DNA of 64,000 nt from Eledone cirrhosa (GCA_964016885.1 OZ024757.1:7130001-7194000); one strand, 5' to 3'; counted from the first letter of the stretch, positions 26,901 to 41,800 are shown. Notes: a model not told the origin generated them from the sequence alone. Numbers and translations are program-made.

Positions 26901-27396
26901 ATACATATTACATATATTTATATATATATATATTTACATATATATATATATATACATATTACATATATTTATATATATATATATTTACATATATATATAT
27001 ATTACATATATATATATATATATATATACATATTACATATATATATTTACATATTACATATATATATATATATATACATATTACATATATACATATATAT
27101 ATATTACATATATATACACATATTACATTTATACATATATACATATATATATATATACACATATTACATATATACATATTACATATATACATATATACGT
27201 ATTACATATATATATATATATATATACATACATATAAACATATTTCATATATACATATATATACAGATACATGAACATATTACATATATACATATATATA
27301 CATATATATATATAGATATATATATACATATATATAAACATATTACATATATACATATATATACATATATATATATACATATTACATATATACATG

Positions 27397-27429
<33 letters not shown>

Positions 27430-27430
<1 letters not shown>

Positions 27431-28483
27431 AAGAATTAATATCTAGTAACATATATACATACAGATGCATATCAATGCTAGCAAATATATAGGTTTTGTC
27501 TTAGTAACTTTGTGGTTCAATGCATGGGGTTGCAGAACAATAATATGAGAGACGTAAAATAAGAAAATTATAAAATTAACTTACTTACTTAAATTTCACT
27601 CCCAACTAATTAGTTTCTGAAATGGAATAAATATACTTTCCGACGAAAATATAGAGAATCATTTCGTCGTCAGGGAAGACTATTCTCAGCTAAGTGTCCA
27701 GGCATTCTCAACTAAGTGTCCAGACTCTGGAAACTTATACAAAAATAATTCAGTGGAGAGAATATAGCAAAGCGTGGACTGGATTCCTAGCCATTGAGAA
27801 AATCACTGCCTCTGCGTCGGTGGCTGAGAATAGTATTCCCTGACGACGAAATGATTCTCTATATTTTCTTCGGAAAGTATATTTATTCCATTTCAGAAAC
27901 TAATTAGTTGGGAGTGAAATTTTAGTAAGTAAGTTAATTTTATAATTTTCTTATTTTACGTCTCTCATATTATTGTTCTGCAACCCCATGCATTGAACCA
28001 CAAAGTTACTAAGACAAAGCCTATATATTTGCTAGCATTGATATGCATCTGTATGTATACATATGTTACTAGATATTAATTCTTTATAATTATCTCCAAA
28101 TTATTTGTCGAGCAATATTTGGCCACGACTGCAGCTATGGTAGCAGGCAGGCCGCTGTCTTATTAAGAAACCACTTTCCACTGATTGACCTCGATGTCAC
28201 GTGATTCATTCTTTTTCAATTTGCCACCGACGCAGAGGCAGTGATTTTCTCAATGGCTACGAATTCAGTCCACGCTTTGCTCTTTTCTATCCACTGAATT
28301 ATTTTTGTATAAGTTTCCAGAGTCCTCGCTTTGCCTGGACACTTAGCTGAGAATAGTCTTCCCTGACAACTTAATGATTCTTTATATTTTCTTCGGAAAG
28401 TATATTTATTCTATTTCAGAAACAAATTAGTTGGGAGTGAAATTTTAGTAGGTAAGTTAATTTTATAATTTTCTTATTTTACG

Positions 28484-28492
<9 letters not shown>
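27430..28492. mobile_element. Family D element block 3, with hammerheads at 27599-27678 (-), 27835-27914 (+) and a core-mutated copy at ~28358-28437 (+)
   Basis: Same architecture as blocks 1 and 2; third motif reads CUGACAA. Confidence 0.85.
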
Positions 28493-28521
<29 letters not shown>

Positions 28522-28558
28522 TACATATATATATATATACATATTACATATATATATA

Positions 28559-28641
<83 letters not shown>

Positions 28642-28919
28642 TACATATATACATATATATATATATACATATTACATATATACATATTACATATATATAC
28701 ATATATATATACATATTACATATATACATATATACATATATACATATTACATATATACTTATATAAATATTACATATATATAGATATATACATATAACAT
28801 ATATATATATATACATATTACATATATATATATATATTACATATATATATACATATTACATATATATATATACACATTACATATATATATATACATATTA
28901 CATATATATATATACATAT

Positions 28920-28962
<43 letters not shown>

Positions 28963-29151
28963 ATATTACACACATATATATATATATACATAAATGTTAC
29001 ATATATATATACATATATACATATTACATATATATACATATATACATATTACATATATATATATACATATATACAGATTACATATATACATATATATATA
29101 TACATATTACATATATATACATATATATATATATACATATTACATATATCT

Positions 29152-29196
<45 letters not shown>

Positions 29197-31076
29197 TACA
29201 TATTACGTATATATATACATATATACATGTATATATATATATACATATATACATATTACATATATATACATATTACATATATATACATATTACATTATAT
29301 ATATACATATTACATATATACATATATACATATTACATATTATATATATATATATACATATTACACACATATATACATACATATTACATATATATATATA
29401 CATATATACATATTACATATATATACATATATACATATTACATATATATATATATACATATATACAGATTACATATATACATATATATATATACATATTA
29501 CATATATATACATATATATATATACATATTACATATATGTATACATATATATATATATATATATACATATATACATATGTATATATATATACATATATAC
29601 ATGTATATATATATACATATATACATATATATATATATATAAATATATATATATACATATATACACATATATAGATATTACATATATATATACATATATA
29701 CATATATATATATACATATATACATATTACATATATATACATATTACATATATATACATATTACATTGTATATATACATATTACATATATATACATATAT
29801 ACATATTACATATATATATATACATATTACATATATATACATATTACATATATATATACATATTACATATATATACATATACATATTACATATATATACA
29901 TATATACATATATATACATATATATATTACATATATACATATAAACATATTACATATATATATATATACATATTACATATATATATATATATATATATAC
30001 ATATTACTTTTTTATATATATACATATTACATATATATATATACATATTATATATATATAAAGATATACATATTACATATATATATATACATATTACATA
30101 TATATATATATACATATTACATATATATATATGTATATACACATTACACATATATATATATATATACATACATATTACATATATATATACATATATACAT
30201 ATTACATATATATATATACATATATACATATTACATATATATATATACATATATACATATATATATACATATATACATATTACGTATATATATACATATA
30301 TACATATATATATATACATACATACATATATATATATACATATATACATATATATATACAAATATACATATTACATATATATACATATTACATATATATA
30401 CATATTACATTATATATATACATATTACATATATATACAAATATACATATTACATATATATATATATATACATATTACATATATATACATATTACATATA
30501 TATATACATATTACATACATATACATATACATATTACATATATATACATATATACATATATATACATATATACATATTACATATATATACATATATACAT
30601 ATTACATATATATACATATACATATTACATATATATACATATACATATTACATATATATACATATATACATATATATACATATATACATATTACATATAT
30701 ACATATATATATATTATATATATATATACATATTACATATATATATATATATATATATATACATATTACTTTTTTATATATATACATATTACATATATAT
30801 ATACATATTATATATATATATACATATTACATATATATATACATATTACATATATATATATATACATATTACATATATATATATATACGTGTTACACATA
30901 TATATATATATATACATATATATTACATATATATATACATATATATATATTACATATATATATATATATATACATATATACATATTACATATATGTGTAT
31001 ACATATATACATATTAAATATATACATATATATATATATATATATACATATTACATATATATATATATATACATTT

Positions 31077-34000
31077 AGTATTAAGGGTACTATTTATGGT
31101 TATGTATACAATAAAACCTTTAATGGTAATATATTATATATACACAAACCCTAAATAGTGAGAGATAGTCATTAATTACTATCCTATTACCAGTAAGATA
31201 AATAGCTCAATGTAATAACATCAGTTGTTTTACAGAGCAGTTATATAGAGATTACAGTAATCAAAGTTCAGTTTAAGTCATTTATTTGCTTACAATTGTT
31301 TCCTCCAAACCGAGGTTTAGATTCTTCGGAGCAACTATTTACTGATCTATAACATACTTGACCTCCTTTTCAACCCAAGAGACACATAAACCATATGCGC
31401 ATATTGATCAACAGTGGGGTGACATTCATCAAATGATATAGCATGGCAATTTACATATAAAGGTTACAGGATAAAAATAAAATAAAAACAAGAGTGAAAA
31501 TAAGAGTGAAAATAAAGATAAACATGAAGCATTGGCAGTCTATGAAGATAAAGCAAGAGGAAAGCTTAGAGTAGTCAGTGTATGAAACAATCTCCCGTGT
31601 AGCATGCACGCGTGTCTTATTTATACATGATTAGAGTGCGTCAGAATGATATTTGCAGGGTCAGGCAGTTGAAGCAGGCAATCGATCTTATTATGTAGGC
31701 TGAATTATTAAGTCATTTATTCTCATACATCTGTATGATATACAGTCTCGGATGCGGGGAAACACCAAAATATCAAAAACTTTCAACATACTATAAACCT
31801 TATTGTATCGTGGGCAAGGCCGTACCACTGTCCCTGCTCACACCACCACTCACATAATCCATGAGACGCAATATATATAGAGAACACGCGTCTATCGTAT
31901 AATTCGCGGTGGTTCAGCATATAGTCAAGCTATAAACCGTATCCAGTCGGTTCTTAATTAATATATCATGCTGTCCAGATTCCGGAAGTGCCTGAATGAC
32001 TAAGGGGAATTAATGCGTAAGGGGAGGTAACTAGCTAGTTATCTTAGTTACATTACTATCCTAAACTACATTAATGGTGATTCAAATACGTGCCTATCAT
32101 GTGAAGTTATAACTAATATCTAGAGTATGTTACCCATTTATAGGTTAGAAAGTTGTCCATTAAGAAGTACAAGGGTGTATATATTAGGATGATTACCATC
32201 CATTAATTAAGGGGTGTCATATCTGAACGTTCTATAAGAGGAGTCAGACTCTCAAGTCACTGCTCCATGCAAATGTAATATAACAGTAGGACCTGGTATG
32301 GTCCCACTATTATATATGCCCCCGGTAGGCTCCGGGTCATTGGATGCCTGCATCTCCAGTAAATCTTCGGTATGGTCCGGATATCCAATCTCTCATATAA
32401 ATGCACTAGTCTGGCCATCAAGCAATAGACAACCCCCGTCTCAAATATAAATCAATTATGTATCACATCTACAAGCTAGAGTGGAGTCTATTAATAGGTA
32501 CTAATGGAGTTCACATCAAGATGATTACGTGCATAATTCATTGAACTGATCGCTTACAGTATATATTCACAGAACAATACGATTATCTATCTAATCATCA
32601 ATCTATCTCTTGGTGGTAATCCATGCACAGGACTATGCTATCGCAACCAGTACCGTGTCCCCAATTTATACTAATCTTATATTTGTGCAATGCAGAATAA
32701 GTAGTCCACGGTCGAGATATCAGTATTAGAGGTACAAGGGGGTATTCCCAGGGTAGGTGGTACTAAAATGCTGTCAGTATTATCTTTAGAGATTAGTATA
32801 AATTGGGGACACGGTACTGGTTGCGATAGCATAGTCCTGTGCATGGATTAGCACCAAGAGATAGATTGATGATTAGATAGATAATCGTATTGTTCTGTGA
32901 ATATATACTGTAAGCGATCAGTTCAATGAATTATGCACGTAATCATCTTGATGTGAACTCCTTTAGTACCTATTAATAGACTCCACTCTAGCTTGTAGAT
33001 GTGATACATAATTGATTTATATTTGAGACGGGGGTTGTCTATTGCTTGATGGCCAGACTAGTGCATCTATATGAGAGATTGGATCTCCGGACCATACCGA
33101 AGATTTACTGGAGATGCAGGCATCCAATGACCCGGAGCCTACCGGGGGCATATATAATAGTGGGACCATACCAGGTCCTACTGTTATATTACATTTGCAT
33201 GGAGCAGTGACTTGAGAGTCTGACTCCTCTTATAGAACGTTCAGATATGACACCCCTTAATTAATGGATGGTAATCATCCTAATATATACACCCTTGTAC
33301 TTCTTAATGGACAACTCTCTAACCTATAAATGGGTAACATACTCTAGATATTAGTTATAACTTCACATGATAGGCACGTATTTGAATCACCATTTGAATC
33401 ACCATTAATGTAGTTTAGGATAGTAATGTAACTAAGATAACTAGCTAGTTACCTCCCCTTACGCATTAATTCCCCTTAGTCATTCAGGCACTTCCGGAAT
33501 CTGGACAGCATGATATATTAATTAAGAACCGACTGGATACGGTTTATAGCTTGACTATATGCTGAACCACCGCGAATTATACGATAGACGCGTGTTCTCT
33601 ATATATATTGCGTCTCATGGATTATGTGAGTGGTGGTGTGAGCAGGGACAGTGGTACGGCCTTGCCCACGATACAATAAGGTTTATAGTATGTTGAAAGT
33701 TTTTGATATTTTGGTGTTTCTCCGCATCCGAGACTGTATATCATACAGATGTATGAGAATAAATGACTTAATAATTCAGCCTACACAATAAGATCGATTG
33801 CCTGATTCAACTGCCTTACCCTGCAAATATCATTCTGACGCACGCTAATCATGTATAAATAAGACACGCGTGCATGCTACACGGGAGATTGTTTCATACA
33901 CTGACTACTCTAAGCTTTCCTCTTGATTTATCTTCATAGAATACCAACGCTTCGTGTTTATCTTTATTTTCACTCTTATGTTCACTCTTGTTTTTATTTT

Positions 34001-34236
34001 ATTTTTATCCTGTAACCTTTATATGTAAATTGCCATGCTATATCATTTGATGAATGTCACCCCACTGTTGATCAATATGCGCATATGGTTTATGTGTCTC
34101 TTGGGTTGAAAAGGAGGTCAAGTATGTTATAGATCAGTAAATAGTTGCTCCGAAGAATCCAAACCTCGGTTTGGAGGAAACAATTGTAAGCAAATAAATG
34201 ACTTAAACTGAACTTTGATTACTGTAATCTCTATAT
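31077..34236. mobile_element. Penelope-like non-coding remnant forming a ~3 kb palindrome (arms 31244-32677 and 32790-34236, 112-bp spacer)
   Basis: Arms are reverse complements with only scattered substitutions and one ~12-bp duplication; homologous but diverged relative to 16297-16590 and ~17000-18447; family B hammerheads at 31286-31334 (-) and 34145-34193 (+). Confidence 0.9.
34145..34193 (+). ncRNA. Hammerhead variant motif, family B (second subfamily)
   Basis: UUGCU CCGAAGA a UCCAAACC uc GGUUUGGA g GAAA CAAUUG UA^ AGCAA followed by AAUAAA; stem III palindrome ACAAUUGU. Confidence 0.7.
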
Positions 34237-34519
34237 ATATACATATATACATATATATATAGATATACATATTACATATATATATACATATATACATATA
34301 TATATACATATATACATATATATATACATATATACATATTACGTATATATATATACATATATACATATATATATATATACATATATACTTATATATATAT
34401 ATACATATATACACATATATACATATTACATATATATATATATATACATATATACATATATATATATACATATATTAAGAGAGTAAAACAAAGAAGCCTT
34501 CAATACATCAAAAGTCTTT

Positions 34520-34565
34520 ATTAGCCGACAATGTTTCGTCCTATTAAGGACTCATCAGGGCAATT
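34520..34565 (-). ncRNA. Hammerhead ribozyme family A, copy 3
   Basis: Identical motif to 19427-19472. Confidence 0.9.
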
Positions 34566-34712
34566 AAAACAACAAGAAGTAATATCGATATATATACATA
34601 TATACATATTACATATATACATATATACATATTACATATATACATATATACATATTACATATATATATATATACATATTACATATATATATATATATACA
34701 TATTACATATAT

Positions 34713-37700
34713 ATCATCATCATCATCACCGTTTTACGTCCGTTCTTCCACGCTAGCATGGGTTAGACGGGTTGTCCTGTTGTGGGCAGTGTCTGGTCGG
34801 CTGACCATGCCTTGCTCATACAGGAACTGATCTGGCTTGATTTCTACAGCTGGATGCCCTTCCTAACACCAACCTCATTTACAGTGAGTGCTGGGTACTT
34901 TTTCGTGGCGCCTACACGTCCACTTTACAGTGTGGGCTGGGTGCTTTTTTGCCGTGGCACCTCCACGACCACCTTGCGGTGGGAGGAGTGGGGGCATATT
35001 GTTTATATGCTTCAGCATGTACCCATGGGAGGTCGGGTACCCTGTATTACTGCGTGACGCCAGAAGTCACGGTCGTGTGTCATTGACTTTGAGAGGTGTA
35101 GTTGGGTAAGGTCGGCTTTTATCACCTCATCCCAAGTCATCTTGGGTCTCCCCACTCCGCGGTTTCCATCAACTTCTAGTGCTCTGCACCTTTTTATGCA
35201 GCTGTCATCCTTCATACGCATCACATGTCCATACCAGCGTAACCGCCTCTCCTGCACGCAGCATTTGATTCCTCTTATGCTCAGTCTCTCTCTCAATTCC
35301 TTTATGCTTTGTCGTTCACGTATATTACTGTTACACATCCATCGGCGCATGCAGGCTTCGTTTCTCTCTAATCTACGTAAGTCTTCCACCTTCAGCGCCC
35401 AGGTCTCACTACCATGCAACATCGCTGTTCGGATACACGCATCATACAGTCTGCCTTTCATTCTGAGGGAGAAGCCTTTTGCAGCTAGCAGTGGTAGTAG
35501 TTCCCTAAACTACTTCCATCCCGTTCTTACCCTAGTTATTGTACTTTCTGAGCACCCACCTCCGTTGCTAATTCGGTCACCTAGGTAGCAGAAGCTGTCT
35601 ACTGTTTCTACAGGGCCCTCCCAGAGATTGGTGGTACTTGTTTCCTGTGGCTGTTTGCTTGCTGTTTCAGCACAGCTGCTGCATGTGAATCCTACATTCT
35701 TAATTAAGCTTCCTGAGATCCCGCTACATCTCTTGTGTACCCATTGTTTGCATTTGGGGCAGAGAATGGAGTTCCTACCTACACCTTTCCTACATACTGA
35801 GCAAGGCCATTTCCCTGAGGGGATCTGGGTTCTGTTTTCTCGTCTACTTACAAGGACCTTAGTCTTTGTCATGTTGACTTTGAGGCCCCTTCTCTCTAGT
35901 CCCTGCTTCCAGGTTTGGAATTTATTCTCTAGTTCTACCATAGATTCAGCTATGAGTGCGAGGTCATCAGCATACAGGAGTTCCCATGGGCACCCGGTTT
36001 TAAACTCCTCCGTTATTGCCTGCAGGACTATGATGAACAGGAGAGGGCTAAGAACAGAGCCCTGGTGGACCCCAACCTGTACGCTAAATTCCTCGCTATA
36101 CTCATTGCTAATCCTAACTTTGCTGACTGCTCCCCTATACATGGCTTGTACCGCTTTCACAAGCCATTCATCTACTCCTAGTTTTCTAAGAGCCCACCAG
36201 ATTACTGCACGTGGAACTCTGTCAAAGGCTTTCTCAAGGTCGACAAATGCCAAGTAGAGTGGCTTACTTTTAGCTAGGTACTTTTCCTGTAATTGCCTCA
36301 CAAGGAAGAGGGCATCAGTGGTGCCTTTCCCTGGTACAAACCCAAATTGCATCTCGTCTATATTTACCCGGTCCCTAATCAGCTGTGCTATAACTCTTTC
36401 TGTTACTTTCATGACCTGGTCCAACAACTTTATACCTCTATAGTTTCCTCTATCTAGTGCATCGCCTTTACCTTTGTAGCAGTTGACAATGATGCTACTG
36501 CACCAATCTTTTGGTATGGCCCCTTCTAGTATTACCTGGTTAACGATACGTGTGGTTATAGTGTGACCTACAGACCCAGATGCCTTCAGCATCTCGGCAG
36601 CTATACCCGATGGACCGGTTGCCTTCCCTATCTTCATATCTCTGATTGCCTTACTTACTACGCTGCCGCTGACTTGTACTGCTGGTCCCTCTATAGGGTC
36701 TACGTGGGGTAGGGTCTCTTCTTCCCATGCATTCTCCTCATTTAGTAATCTATCATAATGACTCTTCCATGCATCTTTCTTCTCAACACTTGTGAGGGCA
36801 AGCTCACCTTTATCATTCCGGATACACTTCTCTCCAATGACATCACAACTATCTCTGACACACTGCCTCGCAATCTTGAATACCTCCTGTTTCTGGTCCT
36901 CACGTTGTAAAACATGCTTGAATTTTCTATCCTCTGCTTCCCTCCTAGCTAAGTATACTTGTCGCCTAGCTTCCCTCTTGGTCTCTATGTAATGTACCCT
37001 GCTCCCCCTGTTCTTCCATTCTTTCCATGCCTGTCTCTTGGCCTTGACTGCTTCATCTACCTTATTGTTCCACCACCAAGTCACTCTCCTCCTGCTTGAG
37101 GTCTTACTCCAGCCACAAACCTCATCCGTTGCCTCTAGTAAGTTATTTTTTAGGAACTCCCAGTTCTCTTCTACGTTAAATGTCTTTATCTGTTCTTCTT
37201 TACTGTCGTAGGCGTTGAGTAAAATATCTTTAAGTCTGTTACTGGTTGAGGGGACTTTCAGCTTCCAGATCTTTCTTCTCCAGGTTGGCCTCTGTTTCCG
37301 GGTTCGTCTAGTTCTGACCGTGAGGTCGCTGACAACTAAGCTATGTTGGGATGTACATTCCTCACTAGGGAAGGCTTTTGTGTTTGCGACCGTCCATCTG
37401 TCACGTCCTCTGATGAGGATAAAATCTAACTGACTAGAGTGCTCCCCTGATCTATAGGTGATCAGGTGGTTGTCGGGTTTTTTAAAGTTGTGTTACATAT
37501 CGACATGTCATTGGCGTCGCAGAATTCTAGAAGTCTGAATCCTTCCTCATTCCTTGTGCCAACTCCATGGCCTCCATGTACTCTATTGAAGCCGTCGCAG
37601 TGTTTACCTACGTGTCCGTTAAAATCTCCTGCAATGATTAGGAAGTCCTTGTCGTCTGTTAGAGCAGTAGTGTGTATTAGGGACTCGTAAAACCTATCCT

Positions 37701-38681
37701 TAAGTTCGTCTGGCAGCCCCGATTGGGGTGCGTAAGCTGATATTATTGTGGTGATTGTCTTATTTAGGACTAGTCTGAGTTTAATGATTCTTGCATTTAC
37801 CCTGTCCACTGAGATTACTTTATCTACCCACTTGTCAGCTAATAGTATACCTACACCACCCATCCCATCGTCATTTCCCACCCAGAAAAATTTGTAGCAC
37901 TGGCTTTTTCCTACAAGGACTCTAGCAGACCCTCCTCTCCATCTAGTCTCTTGCACACAGCATACATCAACTTCCTTTCGCTCTAGCATTTCTACGATTT
38001 CTCCTGCTCTTCCTTTCATTGAGCCTACATTGATGGTACCAACTCGGAGTTTTGGGCATTTGTCGACACTCGTAGGGGAGGGTCTCTGGGTTGGCGCTTC
38101 ACGTGGGTGCTTGGTAGCTCGCAGATTCATATTTCATCTATTGATTCAGAGTTGCTCGTGTATTCCCAGCTCATCCATCCATAAATTGCGGGCTAGAAGA
38201 ACAGTGGTGGTGGGGTAATGGCAGGGTGTGTTGGGATGCGCCAGAGGGGGAGAGAGTTAGTTAGGCAGGTAGTAGCAGCAGTGGAAATGGCATGCTAGGT
38301 TTGATTGGTCGAATAGACTATGGTGGTGTGTGGGGGTGGGGGGGGGGGGGAAATTGTGAGGTAGGAAGTGAGGGTCGCATGGTAAATAACAGAGAGAAAC
38401 AATAGGATTAGAATACCGCATGGTAAATATCCAAGTTAATACTACATCAGTAAAATTAACGTCATGAAAAACTACTAAGAGAAACCCTCGAAAATTTATT
38501 GCTAATACAGCAGGAAAAATGTATCGCTAATACAGCAGGGAACATCATAATATTAACAACAATATGTAGGCTAAAATACCTTCGTAGATTAGATGGATGG
38601 CTGGGAAAATTGGAATCAGCTCTAGTGATACATTTTAGCAGAGAAGAATGGGAAAGTGTCTTATCTCTTCAATATTTTCTG
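34713..38681 (-). mobile_element. Essentially full-length RTE-clade LINE (~4 kb)
   Basis: 5' UTR ~38131-38681; single APE-RT ORF 38130-35012; 3' UTR ends in ..cccatgctagcgtggaagaacggacgtaaaacggt(gat)n. Confidence 0.95.
35012..38130 (-). pseudogene. RTE APE endonuclease-reverse transcriptase ORF with one frameshift (~37478) and one stop (35510-35512)
   Basis: GTINVG, VQETRW, SAYAPQ, GDFNGH; DLEKAFD, GVHQGSVLSPLLF, LLYADDL; Cys-rich CSVC..CPKC..HKRC..CSSC; RRLRWYGHV..GRPKMTW. Confidence 0.93.
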
Positions 38682-39316
38682 TATATACATATACATATTA
38701 CATATATATACATATATACATATACATATTACATATATATACATATATACATATATATACATATATACACATTACATATATACATATATACATATTACAT
38801 ATATATATATATATATACATATTATATATATATATACATATTACTTTTTTATATATATACATAGTACATATATATATATATACATATCATATATATATAT
38901 ATATATACATATTACATATATATATACATATTACATATATATATATTACATATATATATATATACATATTACATATATATATATATATATATATATTACA
39001 CATATATATATCTATACATACATATTACATATATATATACATATATACATATTACATATATATATACATATATACATATTATATATATATATACATATAT
39101 ACATATTAAATATATACATATATATATATATATACATATTACATATATATATATATATACATATATACATATATATATAGATATACATATTACATATATA
39201 TACATATATATATATATATATACATATATACATATTACGTATATATACATATATACATATATATATATATATACATATACACATATATATATACATATAT
39301 ACACATATATACATAT

Positions 39317-39361
<45 letters not shown>

Positions 39362-40384
39362 ATATATACATATATACATATTACATATATATATACATAT
39401 ACATATTAAATATATATACATATATACATATATATACATATATACATATTACATATATACATATATACATATTACATATATATATATACATATTACATAT
39501 ATATATATACATATTACTTTTATATATATATACATATTACATATATATATATACATATTATATATATATAAATATATACATATTACATATATATATATAT
39601 ATTACATATATATATATACATATTACATATTACATATATATATATATATACATATTACAAATATATATATCTATAAATACATATTACATATATATATATA
39701 TATACATATTACAAATATATATATCTATAAATACATATTACATATATACATACATATATACATATTACATATATATATATACATATATACATATTACATA
39801 TATATATATACATATATACATATTAAATATATACATATATATATATATATACATATTGCATATATATATATATATACATATATACATATATATATACATA
39901 TATACATATTACGTATATATATACATATATACATATATACATATATATATATATGCATATATACATATATATATATACATATATACATATATATATACAT
40001 ATATACATATTACACATATATACATATTACATATATATACATATTACATTATATATATACATATTACATATACATACATATATACATATTACATATATAT
40101 ATATATACATGTTACATATATATACATATTACATATATATATATATACATATTACATATATATACATATACATGTTACATATATATACATATATACATAT
40201 ATGTACATATATACATATTACATATATATACATATATACATATTAGATATATATACATATACATATTACATATATATACATATACATATTACATATATAT
40301 ATATATATACATATATACATATATATACATATATACATATTACATATATACATATATACATATTACCTATATATATATACATAT

Positions 40385-40478
<94 letters not shown>

Positions 40479-40483
<5 letters not shown>

Positions 40484-41312
40484 GACGTAAAATAAGAGAA
40501 TTATAAAATTAGCTTACTTCCTAAAATATCACTTCCTCTCATCTAAGTATCCAGGCAAAGCGGGGACTCTGGAAAGTTATTCAAAAATAATACTGTGGAT
40601 AGAAAATAGCAAAGCGTGGACTGAATTCCTCGCCATTGGGAAAATCCTTTATAATTTTCTTATTTTACGTCGCTCATATTATTGTTCTGCAACCCCATGC
40701 ATTGAACCACAAATTTACTAAGACAAAACCTATATATTTGCTAGCATTGATATGCATCTGTATGTATATATGTTACTGGATATTAATTCTTTATAATTAT
40801 CTACAAATTATTTGTCGAGCAATATTGGCCATGACTGCTGCTATGGTAGCAGGCAGGCCGCTGTCTTATTAGCAAACCACTTTCCACTGATTGACCTCGT
40901 TGTCACGTGATTCATTCTTTTTGAATTTGCCACCGACGCAGAGGCAGTGATTTTCTCAATGGCTAGGAATTCAGTCCACGCTTTGCTATTTTCTATCCAC
41001 TGAATTATTTTTTAATAAGTTTCCAGTGTCCACGCTTTGCCTGGATACTTAGATGAGAATAGACTTCCCTGACGACGGAATGCTTCTTCGTATTTTCTTA
41101 GGAAAATATATTTATTCCATTCCAGAAACTAATTAGTTGGAAGTGATATTTTAGTAAGTAAGTTAATTTTATAATTTTCTTATTTTACGTCTCTCATATT
41201 ATTGTTCTGCAACCCCATGCATTGAACCACAAAGTTACTAAGACAAAACGTATATATTTGCTAGCATTGATATGCATCTGTATGTATATATATTACTAGA
41301 TATTAATTCTTT
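40479..41312. mobile_element. Family D element block 4 (more diverged; deleted inverted part plus ~1.3 monomers)
   Basis: tttataattttcttattttacgtc recurs at ~40648 and ~41168 (about 520 bp apart). Confidence 0.8.
41063..41144 (+). ncRNA. Type I hammerhead ribozyme motif, family D (diverged copy)
   Basis: ACUUCC CUGACGA c GGAAUG..UAUUUUCU ua GGAAAAUA..CAUUCC a GAAA CUAAUUAG UU^ GGAAGU; perfect 6-bp stem I; compensatory change in stem II. Confidence 0.85.
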
Positions 41313-41338
41313 ATATATACATATATATATATATATGC

Positions 41339-41370
<32 letters not shown>

Positions 41371-41389
41371 GCATATATATATATATATA

Positions 41390-41539
<150 letters not shown>

Positions 41540-41569
41540 TATATATATATCCATATATGCATATATATA

Positions 41570-41800
41570 TATGTATAAAACTGAGGTTGTCCGTCTGTCT
41601 GTGTGTCTGTCTGTCTACTAAATCCGTCGGCACACATCTCCTCTTAAACCGTACGTTCAAATTTCGGTGAAATTGCTACACTCATAGATGAAAATCCAGC
41701 GGAAACATCGGTCAAAATAATATTCAAATCGACTCACGCCAAGTGCAAAAATGGAATTTGTAATATATTGATTTTTCAGTTCAAATATATAAATAGAGAT
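41570..41800 (+). mobile_element. Probable Helitron-like 5' fragment
   Basis: (TA)n-tataaaactgag..(gtct)n..aaatttcggtgaaattg resembles the 5' end of the other Helitrons; no 3' end found. Confidence 0.45.

Noticed and set aside
35142-36257. Plus-strand ORFs of 148 and 209 aa (and similar antisense ORFs over the Helitron, CR1 and mariner)
   Set aside because: Shadow frames antisense to transposon ORFs
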